From Alphaproteobacteria bacterium HGW-Alphaproteobacteria-1 (GTDB lineage: Bacteria > Pseudomonadota > Alphaproteobacteria > Rhodobacterales > Rhodobacteraceae): DNA of 64,000 nucleotides. Shown one piece after another: positions 10,071 to 19,643 of the stretch (position 1 is its first letter; every line of letters starts with the position of its first letter). The notes beneath the pieces were generated by a model, which had not been told where the DNA came from, made no database searches, and was given only the letters and a program-made list of their open reading frames with translations. The stretch lies in contig PHEQ01000009.1 in the NCBI GenBank assembly GCA_002842985.1, positions 43,635-107,634 on the forward strand, written 5' to 3'. The position numbers and the translations under genes are program-made.

Positions 10071-10244
10071 CTCATCCCGCCTGCGCGCGTAAACGCCAGC
10101 CCAAGTTCCCGGAGGCCAGACGCTTCCGGTCCCGGCCCTGTGCCGGGATCGCCCCCCACCAGCGCGTCGCGCCCGTGGGGGCATTCATGTTTTCAGGCGT
10201 CACCCCCGAGTGGTATGGCGGCACGCGGCAAAGGAGGCCCGGCA

Positions 10245-11738
10245 ATGTTCGAAAACCTGTCCGACCGCCTCTCCGGCGTTCTCGACCGGCTCACGCGGCA
10301 GGGCTCGCTCTCCGAAGAGGATGTCAAAACCGCCCTGCGCGAGGTCCGCGTGGCCCTGCTCGAGGCCGACGTGTCCCTCCCCGTCGCGCGCGATTTCATC
10401 AAGCGGGTGGAGACCGAGGCCACCGGCCAGGCCGTCACCAAATCCGTCACCCCCGGCCAGCAGGTCGTCAAGATTGTCCATGACGCACTGATCGCCACCC
10501 TGCGCGGAGAGGGCGACCCGGGCGCGCTCAAGATCGACAACCCGCCCGCGCCAATCCTCATGGTCGGTCTGCAAGGCTCGGGCAAGACCACCACCACCGC
10601 CAAGCTCGCCAAGCGGCTCAAGGACCGCGAGGGCAAGCGCGTGCTGATGGCCTCGCTCGACACCAACCGCCCCGCCGCGATGGAACAGCTGGCCATCCTG
10701 GGGCGTCAGATCGGCGTCGATACGCTGCCCATCGTCAAGGGCGAAGACCCGGTGCAGATCGCCAGACGCGCCAAGACGCAGGCCGCGCTTGGCGGCTATG
10801 ATGTCTACATGCTCGACACCGCCGGTCGGCTCCATATCGACGCAGAGCTGATCGCACAGGCCGCCGCCGTGCGCGACGTGGCCAATCCCCGCGAAACGCT
10901 GCTCGTGGTCGATGGTCTCACCGGTCAGGATGCCGTCAACGTCGCCACCGAATTCGATGACAAGATCGGCGTGACCGGCGTCGTACTCACCCGGATGGAC
11001 GGCGACGGGCGCGGCGGCGCCGCGCTCTCCATGCGCGCCATCACCGGCAAGCCCATCCGCTTTGTCGGCCTCGGCGAAAAGATGGACGCGCTCGAAACCT
11101 TCGAGCCAGAGCGTATCGCGGGTCGCATCCTCGGCATGGGCGATATCGTGGCGCTGGTGGAAAAGGCGCAGGAAACCATCGAGGCCGAACAGGCCGAAAA
11201 GATGATGCGCCGCATGGCCAAGGGGCAGTTCAACATGAACGACCTCAAGGGCCAGCTCGAGCAGATGCAGAAGATGGGCGGCATGGAAGGGCTGATGGGC
11301 ATGATGCCCGGCATGGGCAAGATGGCCAAGCAGGTGCAGGAGGCCGGGTTCGACGACAAGGTTCTCACCCGCCAGATCGCGCTTATCCAGTCGATGACCA
11401 AAAGGGAGCGCGCCAACCCCGCCCTGTTGCAGGCCAGCCGCAAGAAGCGCATCGCGGCGGGCGCGGGTCAGGACGTTTCAGAACTGAACAAGCTTCTGAA
11501 AATGCACCGCCAGATGGCCGACATGATGAAGAAGATGGGCCGCAACAAGGGCGGGATGCTGAAACAGGCGATGAAGGGCATGTTCGGCAAGGGCGGGATG
11601 CCCGACATGAACGACCCCAAGGCCATGGAAGAGGCCGCCCGTGCCATGGGCGGCAAGCTGCCAGGCGGTTTGGGCGGCTTGGGCGGTGGTGGCCTGTCGC
11701 TCCCCTCCGGCCTCTCGGGCCTCGGCAAGAAGAAATAG
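10245..11738 (+). CDS. ffh: signal recognition particle protein Ffh
   Basis: MFENLSDRL start, GLQGSGKTTT P-loop, DTAGR motif, and a Met-rich M domain with a Gly-rich tail. Confidence 0.95.
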   Translation: MFENLSDRLSGVLDRLTRQGSLSEEDVKTALREVRVALLEADVSLPVARDFIKRVETEATGQAVTKSVTPGQQVVKIVHDALIATLRGEGDPGALKIDNPPAPILMVGLQGSGKTTTTAKLAKRLKDREGKRVLMASLDTNRPAAMEQLAILGRQIGVDTLPIVKGEDPVQIARRAKTQAALGGYDVYMLDTAGRLHIDAELIAQAAAVRDVANPRETLLVVDGLTGQDAVNVATEFDDKIGVTGVVLTRMDGDGRGGAALSMRAITGKPIRFVGLGEKMDALETFEPERIAGRILGMGDIVALVEKAQETIEAEQAEKMMRRMAKGQFNMNDLKGQLEQMQKMGGMEGLMGMMPGMGKMAKQVQEAGFDDKVLTRQIALIQSMTKRERANPALLQASRKKRIAAGAGQDVSELNKLLKMHRQMADMMKKMGRNKGGMLKQAMKGMFGKGGMPDMNDPKAMEEAARAMGGKLPGGLGGLGGGGLSLPSGLSGLGKKK

Positions 11739-11798
11739 GCCGATGCGTTCACTGTTCTCCAAATACTCGAATGCCACGGCTCGACCGGAGGCTCGGCC

Positions 11799-12344
11799 AT
11801 GAGCCTCACCAACGCCCCCGTGCTCGACACCCCGCGCCTGATCCTGCGCGGGCCAGAGGTGCGCGACATCGAGCCGATGATCGCCTTCCTGCTTGACCAA
11901 AAGCGGGCCGAGGGCTTTGGCGCCTCGCCCAACCGGAGCGATGCGTGGCGCTGGTTCGCGCTCAATGTGGGCCACTGGCATATCCACGGCTACGGCTATT
12001 TCATGATTGAGGACAAGGCCAGCGGGCAACCTGCCGGCATCACCGGCATCTGGAACCCCGAAGGCTGGCCCGAACCGGAGCTGGGCTGGGTGGTCTTTGA
12101 AGGGTTCGAGGGGCAGGGCATCGCCCATGAGGCCGCGCTGCGCGCCCGCCAATGGGCCTATGACGATCTCGGCTTCACGACGCTCACCTCCAACATCGTG
12201 CCGGGCAATGCCCGCTCGGTCGCGCTTGCGGAACGGCTCGGTGCGTGGTTCGAGCGGGAATACGACAATATCCACATGGGCCGCGATTTCCTCTATCGCC
12301 ATCCCGGCCCTGACGACGACGGCTCGGTGGAGGCATACGCATGA
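11799..12344 (+). CDS. GNAT-family N-acetyltransferase (RimJ/RimL-like)
   Basis: TPRLILR start, then an acetyl-CoA motif region QGQGIAHEAALRARQWAY. Confidence 0.8.
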   Translation: MSLTNAPVLDTPRLILRGPEVRDIEPMIAFLLDQKRAEGFGASPNRSDAWRWFALNVGHWHIHGYGYFMIEDKASGQPAGITGIWNPEGWPEPELGWVVFEGFEGQGIAHEAALRARQWAYDDLGFTTLTSNIVPGNARSVALAERLGAWFEREYDNIHMGRDFLYRHPGPDDDGSVEAYA

Positions 12345-12637
12345 CCGATGACGCCATCCGCGCCGCCCAGCTTCTGGCCGAGCACCGCAAGAGCATCGAC
12401 CGGCTTGACGCGATCCTTGTCTTCACGCTGGCCGAGCGGTTCAAGCACACGCAGGCCGTGGGCAAGCTCAAGGCTGAACACGACCTTCCCCCGTCCGATC
12501 CCGCGCGCGAGGCGCAACAGATCGAGCGGCTCGAAGACCTGGCGCAATCTGCCGACCTCGACCCGGAATTCGCCCGTGAATTCCTCAACTTCATCATCGC
12601 CGAGGTGATCCGTCATCATCGAAAGCATCAATCGTAG
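12341..12637 (+). CDS. chorismate mutase (AroQ class)
   Basis: 98 aa with the R..ID.LD..L...L.ER pattern. ATGA overlap with the upstream GNAT gene. Confidence 0.8.
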   Translation: MTDDAIRAAQLLAEHRKSIDRLDAILVFTLAERFKHTQAVGKLKAEHDLPPSDPAREAQQIERLEDLAQSADLDPEFAREFLNFIIAEVIRHHRKHQS

Positions 12638-12685
12638 GGTGGGGTTCAACCCCTCCAAACCCCCGCCATTAAAGGAGACTATCAA

Positions 12686-13051
12686 ATGGCCATGAAAATC
12701 CGACTTGCCCGTGGTGGCTCGAAAAAGCGCCCCTTCTATCGTATCGTCGCGGCTGACAGCCGCATGCCGCGCGATGGCCGCTTCATCGAGAAGCTGGGCA
12801 CCTACAACCCGCTCCTGCCCAAGGACAGCGAAGACCGCGTGAAGATGGATATCGAGCGCATCCAGCACTGGCTGGCGCAGGGCGCACAGCCGACCGACCG
12901 CATCAGCCGGATGCTCGAGGCCGCGGGTGTGATCGAGAAGAAGCAGCGCGCCAACCTGAAAAAGGCCGAGCCGGGCAAGAAAGCCCAGGAACGCGCCGCC
13001 GCCAAGGCCGAGAAGGCCGCGGCTGCCGCCGAAGAGGCCGCCGCCGAGTGA
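12686..13051 (+). CDS. rpsP: 30S ribosomal protein S16
   Basis: [21 protein letters not shown] signature, an Ala/Lys/Glu-rich tail, and an AAAGGAG Shine-Dalgarno upstream. Confidence 0.95.
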   Translation: MAMKIRLARGGSKKRPFYRIVAADSRMPRDGRFIEKLGTYNPLLPKDSEDRVKMDIERIQHWLAQGAQPTDRISRMLEAAGVIEKKQRANLKKAEPGKKAQERAAAKAEKAAAAAEEAAAE

Positions 13052-13071
13052 GCATAGGTTAAGGCGCTGGA

Positions 13072-13701
13072 ATGTCACAGTTTTCCGAGGACTTCCAGGC
13101 TGACCTGCGCGATCTCATGCGCTGGCGGCGCGACGTGCGCCGCTTTCGCCCCGATCCCGTGGACGAGGCGCTCCTGCAAGAGTGCCTCGCGACCTTCGCT
13201 CTTGCCCCCTCGGTCGGGCTCAGCGAGCCGTGGCGTATCGTTCGGGTCGAAAGCCCAACCGCCCGCGCCGCCGCGCTGACCAATTTCGAGGCGGCCAATA
13301 CCGCCGCCCTTGACGGCTATGACGGCGAGAAGGCGCGTGTTTACAGCGGGCTCAAGCTGACGGGGATGCGCGAGGCCCCGGTTCAACTTGCCATTTTCTG
13401 CGACGAGGCAACCGACAAGGGCGCGGGTCTGGGGGCCGCCACCATGCCCGAGATGCGGCGCTATTCCGTGGTGGCCGCAATCACCCAATTCTGGCTCTAT
13501 TCACGGGCGCGCGGCCTCGGCCTTGGCTGGGTGTCGATCCTCGATCCCGACCGTCTGTGTCAGGACCTTGATATTCCCGAAGATTGGGCGCTCGTGGCCT
13601 ATCTCTGCATCGGCTGGCCCGAAGAGGAAAGCGCCGCGCCGGAACTGGAGCTTGCCGGGTGGGAGCAGCGTCGCCATCATGTGCCGGTGGAAACCAGATG
13701 A
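13072..13701 (+). CDS. bluB: BluB-like nitroreductase-fold protein (probable 5,6-dimethylbenzimidazole synthase)
   Basis: [40 protein letters not shown] and [11 protein letters not shown] follow the BluB pattern, including the Asp and Ser positions known from S. meliloti BluB. Confidence 0.7.
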   Translation: MSQFSEDFQADLRDLMRWRRDVRRFRPDPVDEALLQECLATFALAPSVGLSEPWRIVRVESPTARAAALTNFEAANTAALDGYDGEKARVYSGLKLTGMREAPVQLAIFCDEATDKGAGLGAATMPEMRRYSVVAAITQFWLYSRARGLGLGWVSILDPDRLCQDLDIPEDWALVAYLCIGWPEEESAAPELELAGWEQRRHHVPVETR

Positions 13702-13723
13702 CGGCCTGCGAAAGGACATAACG

Positions 13724-14227
13724 ATGAGCGATACGGTTTGTCTGGGCGCGATTGCCGGGGCCTTTGGCGTCAAGGGTGAGGTCCGTCTCAAGACGTTCAC
13801 CGCTACGCCCGAGGACATCGCCACGTATGGCCCGCTCACCTCTGAGGATGGCAAATACAGCTTCGAGGTCACGCTGACAGGGCAGACTTCGGGCGCGCTT
13901 ACCGCGCGGCTGTCGGGCATCGCCACAAAGGAACAGGCCGACGCCCTGCGCGGCATCCGCCTGCATGTGCCGCGCGCGCGCCTGCCCGCCCTGCCCGATG
14001 ACGAGTTCTACCATGCCGATCTGATCGGGCTTGAGGTGTTCGATACCGGCGGCGCGCCGCTTGGCCGGGTCAGGGCGGTGCTCAATCACGGCGCGGCGGA
14101 CCTGCTGGAAATCCAGGGGCCGGGCGTCACCTCCACCGTGTTGTTGCCCTTCACCCGCGAGGCGGTGCCGACGGTTGATCTCGCCTCTGGCCGGATCGTC
14201 GCAGACCCGCCCGAGGGGCTCTTCTAG
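13724..14227 (+). CDS. rimM: 16S rRNA processing protein RimM
   Basis: [14 protein letters not shown] and a PRC-barrel C-terminus. It is in the conserved position before trmD. Confidence 0.9.
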   Translation: MSDTVCLGAIAGAFGVKGEVRLKTFTATPEDIATYGPLTSEDGKYSFEVTLTGQTSGALTARLSGIATKEQADALRGIRLHVPRARLPALPDDEFYHADLIGLEVFDTGGAPLGRVRAVLNHGAADLLEIQGPGVTSTVLLPFTREAVPTVDLASGRIVADPPEGLF

Positions 14228-14230
14228 GCC

Positions 14231-15031
14231 ATGGCCGACGCGCCCCGCTCCCATGGCAGCAAGAGCGTCCGCCCCTCGCTTGCACCGCGCGACCTGATGG
14301 CAGAGGCCGCACCGCGCCCTGGTGTCTGGACTGTGCGCCTCATCACCCTTCTGCCGCAGGCCTTTCCCGGCGTGCTTGGCGAGAGCCTGACGGGCCGCGC
14401 CCTGCGCGACGGGCTATGGTCGCTAGAGACAATCGACCTGCGCGCCTTTGGCGAAGGGCGACACCGCAACGTTGATGACACACCCGCTGGTGGCGGCGCG
14501 GGCATGGTGCTGCGCGCCGATGTGATGGGCCGCGCGATTGACGAGGCGATGGCCGCCACCCCACCCGACTGGCCGCTTGTCTATCTCAGCCCGCGCGGCG
14601 CGCCGTTTTCGCAGGCGCGCGCACAATCTCTGGCCGCCGGCCCCGGTGTCACGCTGATCTGTGGCCGGTTCGAGGGGCTGGATGAACGGGTGATCGCGCA
14701 TTACGGCATCGAGGAAATCAGCCTTGGCGATTTCGTCATGACCGGCGGCGAGATTGCCGCGCAGGCGGTGATCGACGCGAGCGTGCGTCTTCTGACGGGG
14801 GTTCTGGGCAACGAGACCTCGACCGAGGAAGAAAGCTTTGCCGACGGTCTGCTGGAGCATCCCCAATATACCCGCCCGCCCGAATGGCGCGGGCTGACCA
14901 TCCCCGAGGTGCTGACCTCGGGCGATCACGGCAAGGTGGCGGCGTGGCGGCGCGAGATGTCCGAGCGCACCACGCGGGACCGCCGCCCCGACCTCTGGCA
15001 GGCGCATCTTGCGCGCAGCAAGGACGGCTGA
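14231..15031 (+). CDS. trmD: tRNA (guanine37-N1)-methyltransferase
   Basis: LITLLPQAFPG, DDTPAGGGAGMV and GRFEGLDERV motifs. An alternative ATG is at 14297. Confidence 0.9.
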   Translation: MADAPRSHGSKSVRPSLAPRDLMAEAAPRPGVWTVRLITLLPQAFPGVLGESLTGRALRDGLWSLETIDLRAFGEGRHRNVDDTPAGGGAGMVLRADVMGRAIDEAMAATPPDWPLVYLSPRGAPFSQARAQSLAAGPGVTLICGRFEGLDERVIAHYGIEEISLGDFVMTGGEIAAQAVIDASVRLLTGVLGNETSTEEESFADGLLEHPQYTRPPEWRGLTIPEVLTSGDHGKVAAWRREMSERTTRDRRPDLWQAHLARSKDG

Positions 15032-15060
15032 TCTTGCGGCGCGCGCAGCAAACGGGATAG

Positions 15061-15705
15061 GTGATCCGCAACGCGCCAGAGCAGGAGCCGAACGTGACCA
15101 AAGACCCCAAGGCCCATACCGAAAAGATGAAGCGGATCAAGGCCGCCCGCGACAAGCTCATGGAGCACAAGACCGGCGAGAAGGGCCTCGTCATCGTCCA
15201 TACCGGCAACGGCAAGGGCAAGAGCAGTTCCGGCTTTGGCATGATCCTGCGCTGCATCGGTCACGGCTTTCCTTGCGCGGTGGTGCAGTTCATCAAGGGT
15301 TCGATGCCGAGCGGCGAGCGTGACCTGCTCAAGGAGCGGTTCGCCGATATCTGCGCGTTTCACGTCATGGGCGAGGGTTTCACCTGGGAGACGCAGGACC
15401 GCGAGCGCGACACCGTCATGGCGCAAGCGGCCTGGGACAAGGCCAAGGAACTGATCCGCGACGAGAAGAACCGCATGGTGCTTCTGGACGAGATCAACAT
15501 CGCGCTGCGTTATGACTATCTCGACATCAACGATGTGGTGACGTTTCTGGCCGAGGAAAAGCCGCCGATGACCCATGTTGTTCTGACCGGGCGCGACGCC
15601 AAGCCCGCGTTGATCGACATCGCCGATCTGGTCAGCGAGATGAAAGAGATCAAGCACCCGTTCCGCGAGCAGAACATCAAGGCTCAGGCCGGTGTGGAAT
15701 TCTGA
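15061..15705 (+). CDS. cobO: cob(I)yrinic acid a,c-diamide adenosyltransferase (CobO/BtuR type)
   Basis: HTEKMKRIKAA lead-in, GNGKGKSSSGFG P-loop and a DEINIALRYDYL motif. The start is uncertain (GTG at 15061 or at 15094). Confidence 0.85.
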   Translation: MIRNAPEQEPNVTKDPKAHTEKMKRIKAARDKLMEHKTGEKGLVIVHTGNGKGKSSSGFGMILRCIGHGFPCAVVQFIKGSMPSGERDLLKERFADICAFHVMGEGFTWETQDRERDTVMAQAAWDKAKELIRDEKNRMVLLDEINIALRYDYLDINDVVTFLAEEKPPMTHVVLTGRDAKPALIDIADLVSEMKEIKHPFREQNIKAQAGVEF

Positions 15706-15961
15706 CACCAAGGCTTGATCGCCCGACCGTTCCCGCCTATACCCCGCTGGTCTGGAATCGCTTTGGCGGCTCCGGGTCGTTTTCTTTTGGCATCTCCCGC
15801 AGCTTTCTTCGGCGATACGCGGCAGCCACGGAAAACAGTGTGACAGACAAGGACGACCTGATCTCTGGCGGGCGCATCTGCGGACCCGGAAGAAGACCAA
15901 GAGCTCTGAGGACGCGAGACATCTTTGCGGGCATAACCGCAGGCAAATCAGGAGAGAAGCG

Positions 15962-16345
15962 ATGGATATTATCGCTCAGTTGGAGGCGGAACAGATCGCC
16001 TCGCTCGGGAAGACCATTCCCGATTTCAAGGCCGGCGACACGATCCGCGTCGGCTACAAGGTGACCGAAGGCACCCGCAGCCGCGTGCAGAACTTCGAAG
16101 GCGTGTGCATCAGCCGCAAGAACGGCAAGGGCATCGCCGGGTCGTTCACGGTCCGCAAGATTTCCTTTGGCGAAGGCGTGGAGCGTATGTTCCCGCTCTA
16201 TTCGACCAATATCGACAGCATCGAGGTTGTGCGCCGTGGTCGCGTGCGCCGCGCCAAGCTGTATTACCTGCGCTCGCGTCGCGGCAAGTCCGCACGTATC
16301 GCCGAGGACGCCAATTACAAGGCCCTCTCGGGCAAATCCGCATAA
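15962..16345 (+). CDS. rplS: 50S ribosomal protein L19
   Basis: [12 protein letters not shown] ... R.Q.FEGV.I signature; 127 aa. Confidence 0.95.
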   Translation: MDIIAQLEAEQIASLGKTIPDFKAGDTIRVGYKVTEGTRSRVQNFEGVCISRKNGKGIAGSFTVRKISFGEGVERMFPLYSTNIDSIEVVRRGRVRRAKLYYLRSRRGKSARIAEDANYKALSGKSA

Positions 16346-16356
16346 GGACCGGCACG

Positions 16357-16578
16357 ATGAAAAAGGACATCCACCCCGATTATCACGTCATCGACGTCAA
16401 GATGACCGACGGCACCATCGTGCAGATGCGCTCGACCTGGGGCAAGGAAGGCGACACGCTGTCGCTCGATATCGACCCCTCGGTGCACCCCGCCTGGACC
16501 GGTGGCGGCACCCGCCTCACCGATGCCGGTGGCCGCGTGTCGAAGTTCAAGAACAAATACGCCGGTCTCGGGTTCTGA
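16357..16578 (+). CDS. rpmE: 50S ribosomal protein L31
   Basis: [10 protein letters not shown] start and HPAWTG ... GRV.KF motifs; 73 aa with no Cys. Confidence 0.95.
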   Translation: MKKDIHPDYHVIDVKMTDGTIVQMRSTWGKEGDTLSLDIDPSVHPAWTGGGTRLTDAGGRVSKFKNKYAGLGF

Positions 16579-16600
16579 TCACCCGTCCGATAGCGATGCT

Positions 16601-16623
16601 GCGCCGCCCCATCGGGGCGGCGC
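16601..16623. terminator. bidirectional stem-loop between convergent rpmE and guaD
   Basis: GCGCCGCCCC-ATC-GGGGCGGCGC, a perfect 10-bp stem, followed by CTGCATTT. Confidence 0.55.
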
Positions 16624-16636
16624 CTGCATTTCGGCC

Positions 16637-17938
16637 TCAGCGGATTGAGGATTTGGCGGGCCTTCCGGCAACGTAGACCTCCGCAATCGCGCGGTCATCG
16701 CCCATCATCTGCAATACGAACAATTCCTCGGCAAGGCGTGTCGCACGCTCCATCCGGAGCGCCATCGCCGGAGTGCTGCGTGCATTCAGCACGACGATAT
16801 CGGCCTCGCTTCCCGCCTCCAGGGTGCCGATCCGGTCCGCCATCCCAAGCACGCAGGCATTGCCCCGAGTGATCCAGTCGAAGGCCCGCAACGGGTGCAG
16901 CGACTGGCCGCGCAGTTGCAACACCTTGTAACCCTCGTTGAGCGTCTGAAGCATGGAATAGCTGGTGCCGCCGCCGACATCGGTGGCGATGCCATTGACG
17001 ATCCCGCGCGCGCGCAACCCGGCCTCGTCAAAGAGGCCACTGCCCAGAAAGAGATTCGATGTCGGGCAGAAAATCGGATGTGCGCCGGTCTCGGCCAGCG
17101 CGTCAATCTCGCGCGCCTCCAGGTGGATGGCATGGCCAAGCAGCGCTCTGGGACCAAGCAGGCCGTGGGATTCGTAAACATCGAGATAGTCGCGCGCGCG
17201 CGGGTAAAGCTGCGCGGTATAGGCGATTTCGTCCTTGTTCTCGGAAAGATGCGTCTGGATGTGGCAATCGGGGTGTTCGCGCGCCAGCGCCTGCGCCATT
17301 GCCATCTGTTCGGGCGTCGAGGTGATGGCAAAGCGCGGCGAGATGACATAGCCGTTGCGCCCCGTGCCATGCCATTTGGCGATCAGCGCCGTGCTGTCGT
17401 CATAGCCGCTTTGGGCCGTGTCGCGCAGCCCCTCGGGCGCGTTGCGATCCATCAGCACCTTGCCGCCCAGCATCCGCATGTTGCGCCGCGTCGCCTCGGC
17501 GAAATAGGCCTCGACCGATGCCTTGTGCACCGAGCAGAAAGCGACGGCGGTCGTCGTGCCATGGGCGATGATCTGGTCGAAAAAGGCTCGCGCCATCGCC
17601 GCGCTGTGCGCCCCCGAGGCAAAGCGGGTTTCCTCGGGGAAGGTGTAGGTGTTGAGCCAATCGAGCAGTTGCGCCCCCCATGACGCGATCACCTGCACCT
17701 GCGGGAAATGGATATGCGTGTCGATGAACCCGGCCATCATCAGATGCGGGCGGTGGTCGATCACCGGCACATCGTGTGCCTCGGCGCTCACCTCGTCAAA
17801 CGGTCCCATCCGCCGGATGAGACCATCCCCGATCAGAAGCCCGCCATCCTCGAGATAGGTATAGGCCCCGCTATCCTCGGCGCTCTCGGGCGCGCGGTGA
17901 AAGGTCAGAAGGCGACCGCGAAGCAGGGTCTGTGTCAT
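16637..17938 (-). CDS. guaD: guanine deaminase
   Basis: Amidohydrolase HIHFPQ metal motif and guanine-deaminase-like length and context. The first ATG is at 17938; the track start at 17959 is TTG. Confidence 0.85.
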   Translation of the reverse strand: MTQTLLRGRLLTFHRAPESAEDSGAYTYLEDGGLLIGDGLIRRMGPFDEVSAEAHDVPVIDHRPHLMMAGFIDTHIHFPQVQVIASWGAQLLDWLNTYTFPEETRFASGAHSAAMARAFFDQIIAHGTTTAVAFCSVHKASVEAYFAEATRRNMRMLGGKVLMDRNAPEGLRDTAQSGYDDSTALIAKWHGTGRNGYVISPRFAITSTPEQMAMAQALAREHPDCHIQTHLSENKDEIAYTAQLYPRARDYLDVYESHGLLGPRALLGHAIHLEAREIDALAETGAHPIFCPTSNLFLGSGLFDEAGLRARGIVNGIATDVGGGTSYSMLQTLNEGYKVLQLRGQSLHPLRAFDWITRGNACVLGMADRIGTLEAGSEADIVVLNARSTPAMALRMERATRLAEELFVLQMMGDDRAIAEVYVAGRPAKSSIR

Positions 17939-17967
17939 GGCGGGTCTCGTTTCCGTCAAAGGGTGGG

Positions 17968-17993
17968 GGCGGGCGGCGCGCGGGCCGCCCGCC
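17968..17993 (-). terminator. intercistronic GC hairpin (attenuator or mRNA-stabilising element) between the permease gene and guaD
   Basis: GGCGGGCGGC-GCGCGG-GCCGCCCGCC, a perfect 10-bp stem lying within a same-strand gene pair. Confidence 0.4.
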
Positions 17994-17998
17994 TTGGG

Positions 17999-19600
17999 TT
18001 ACGCCTGTCTTGCGGGCGTGTCGTGGTCCATCATGTCCGGCTCGTCCGGCACGATGATGCGATGCAGCAGGTCCTCTTTCGGGGCAAGCGCCGGATAGAT
18101 CGTCAGGAACGCGCCGATGATCAGATAGCCGATGGTGATCCCGTCAAGCTGCGGCATCTGCAAGCTGTGGGAATGGATCACCCCCACCGACGAAAGCAGC
18201 GCCGCCGCGATGGCAAAGGCACCCGCCATGCGGAACCGCCCGTCGATCACATCGGCCACGATCGCGCCCCAGATCAACCCGGTGATGATCGCCCCCTGGC
18301 TCAGGGCCAGATGACCCTCGTAATGCGCGCCCTCCATCAGCAATGCGGCGGTCAGGCCCTCGTCGCCCAGCGCGGGCAGCCCCTCGACCCCGCTGCTGCG
18401 CAGCGCGTTCATCAACGAGCCCCATTTCACCATCAGGAATCCCGAGATATGCGGCAGCATCGCGAAGGTCACGGCGGCCATATGCATCGGCTTCACAACC
18501 CAGGCGGTATTGGTGATCAGGCTGACCGACACAAAGACCAGCACCGGCGCGGCAGCGGCCAGCGGGATCAGCCCCGCGAGAAAGGACAAAAAGCCCAGGA
18601 ACGCCGCCGCGCCGATGGCCACGGCCACGCCGACGATATAGCCGGCATGGGCGTCGAGCCGCTTGTAGGCGGGATGGCCGATATAGACCGTGGTCGGAAA
18701 GGGCGAGCCGAACACCGCACCGATCATCGTTCCCGCCCCGTCGGTGATCTGACACAGGCCCACGGGATAGCTGTCCCCGGCGGCCTCGGCGGATTCGACG
18801 TTGTTCATCGTCTCGATGAAATTGTAGATCTGCACCGGGATCAGCACGAGGAAAAGCTCGGGATTGGCGAAAAGATACTGCACCCCCACGATCAGATCAC
18901 CGACATAGGGCACCGGCGGGTAAAAGCCCACGCCGCTCAGATCGATCCGGGACTCGCCCAGGAAAAGCCCGATCACCGTACCCACACCGATGGCCACCAG
19001 CCCCGCAGGCACGTTGCCCGGCAGCCGAAACCGCCCGATCAGCCCCCAGAGGATGAACAGAAGCGCGGCAAAGCCGATGACCGGATGCTCGAATATCTCC
19101 GCGAGCGGAACCGAGCCGATGAACACCAGTGCAATGCCGCACAGCGTCCCCAGCATCCCCGCGCGCGGGGTGATCCGCTTGAGGAACGGGCCGACAAGGG
19201 CCCCGAGCGCCGCGACGATACCGCCCACGAACCCGGCCCCGATCCCCACCTGCCAGGCCAGCAGCGGATCCTGCGTCGCCCAGTAGATCGGCCCGATCAC
19301 CCCGAAGAGATAAACGAACATCACCGGCGTCGAGATGCCATAGGGAAGCGCGGTCACGTCGCGGCCCTGTCTGTTGGCCACCCGTTGCGCCAGCCAGGTA
19401 TAGACCGCGACCCCGGCCAGAATGGCGATGGCCGCGCCCGGAACGATCCGGCCAAAGACGATTTCGGCGGGCATCTGGAACACGAACTGACAGATCCCCG
19501 ACAGGATCAGCAGGTTGACAAGGTTGTCTGTGAACAGCGCCCAGAAGGCGCTGAAATCGCTGCGCGTGAACAGCGTGTAGGTGTAACTCCTCCCGTCCAT
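17999..19600 (-). CDS. polytopic permease, distant NCS2/AzgA-like (putative nucleobase transporter)
   Basis: 533-aa protein with more than 10 TM helices. TDGAGTMIGAVFGSPFPTTVYIGH resembles the AzgA/AdeP D..S..G...G.S....Y.ES segment. It is embedded in the xdh-guaD operon. Confidence 0.6.
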   Translation of the reverse strand: MDGRSYTYTLFTRSDFSAFWALFTDNLVNLLILSGICQFVFQMPAEIVFGRIVPGAAIAILAGVAVYTWLAQRVANRQGRDVTALPYGISTPVMFVYLFGVIGPIYWATQDPLLAWQVGIGAGFVGGIVAALGALVGPFLKRITPRAGMLGTLCGIALVFIGSVPLAEIFEHPVIGFAALLFILWGLIGRFRLPGNVPAGLVAIGVGTVIGLFLGESRIDLSGVGFYPPVPYVGDLIVGVQYLFANPELFLVLIPVQIYNFIETMNNVESAEAAGDSYPVGLCQITDGAGTMIGAVFGSPFPTTVYIGHPAYKRLDAHAGYIVGVAVAIGAAAFLGFLSFLAGLIPLAAAAPVLVFVSVSLITNTAWVVKPMHMAAVTFAMLPHISGFLMVKWGSLMNALRSSGVEGLPALGDEGLTAALLMEGAHYEGHLALSQGAIITGLIWGAIVADVIDGRFRMAGAFAIAAALLSSVGVIHSHSLQMPQLDGITIGYLIIGAFLTIYPALAPKEDLLHRIIVPDEPDMMDHDTPARQA

Positions 19601-19643
19601 GACGGTCTCCTCCTCTGACAGAACCGGCCCGGCGTGACGGATG

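Noticed and set aside
15706-15961. 256-nt spacer upstream of rplS as a possible ribosomal-protein leader or attenuator
   Set aside because: I could find only short, weak stems and no resemblance to a leader I know. It is kept as a note under the operon finding rather than called as a feature.
17708-19618. 636-aa ORF on the plus strand
   Set aside because: It is antisense to the 533-aa permease and the guaD 5' end. Its extreme His/Arg/Asp/Gln bias makes it an artefact of GC-rich codon structure.
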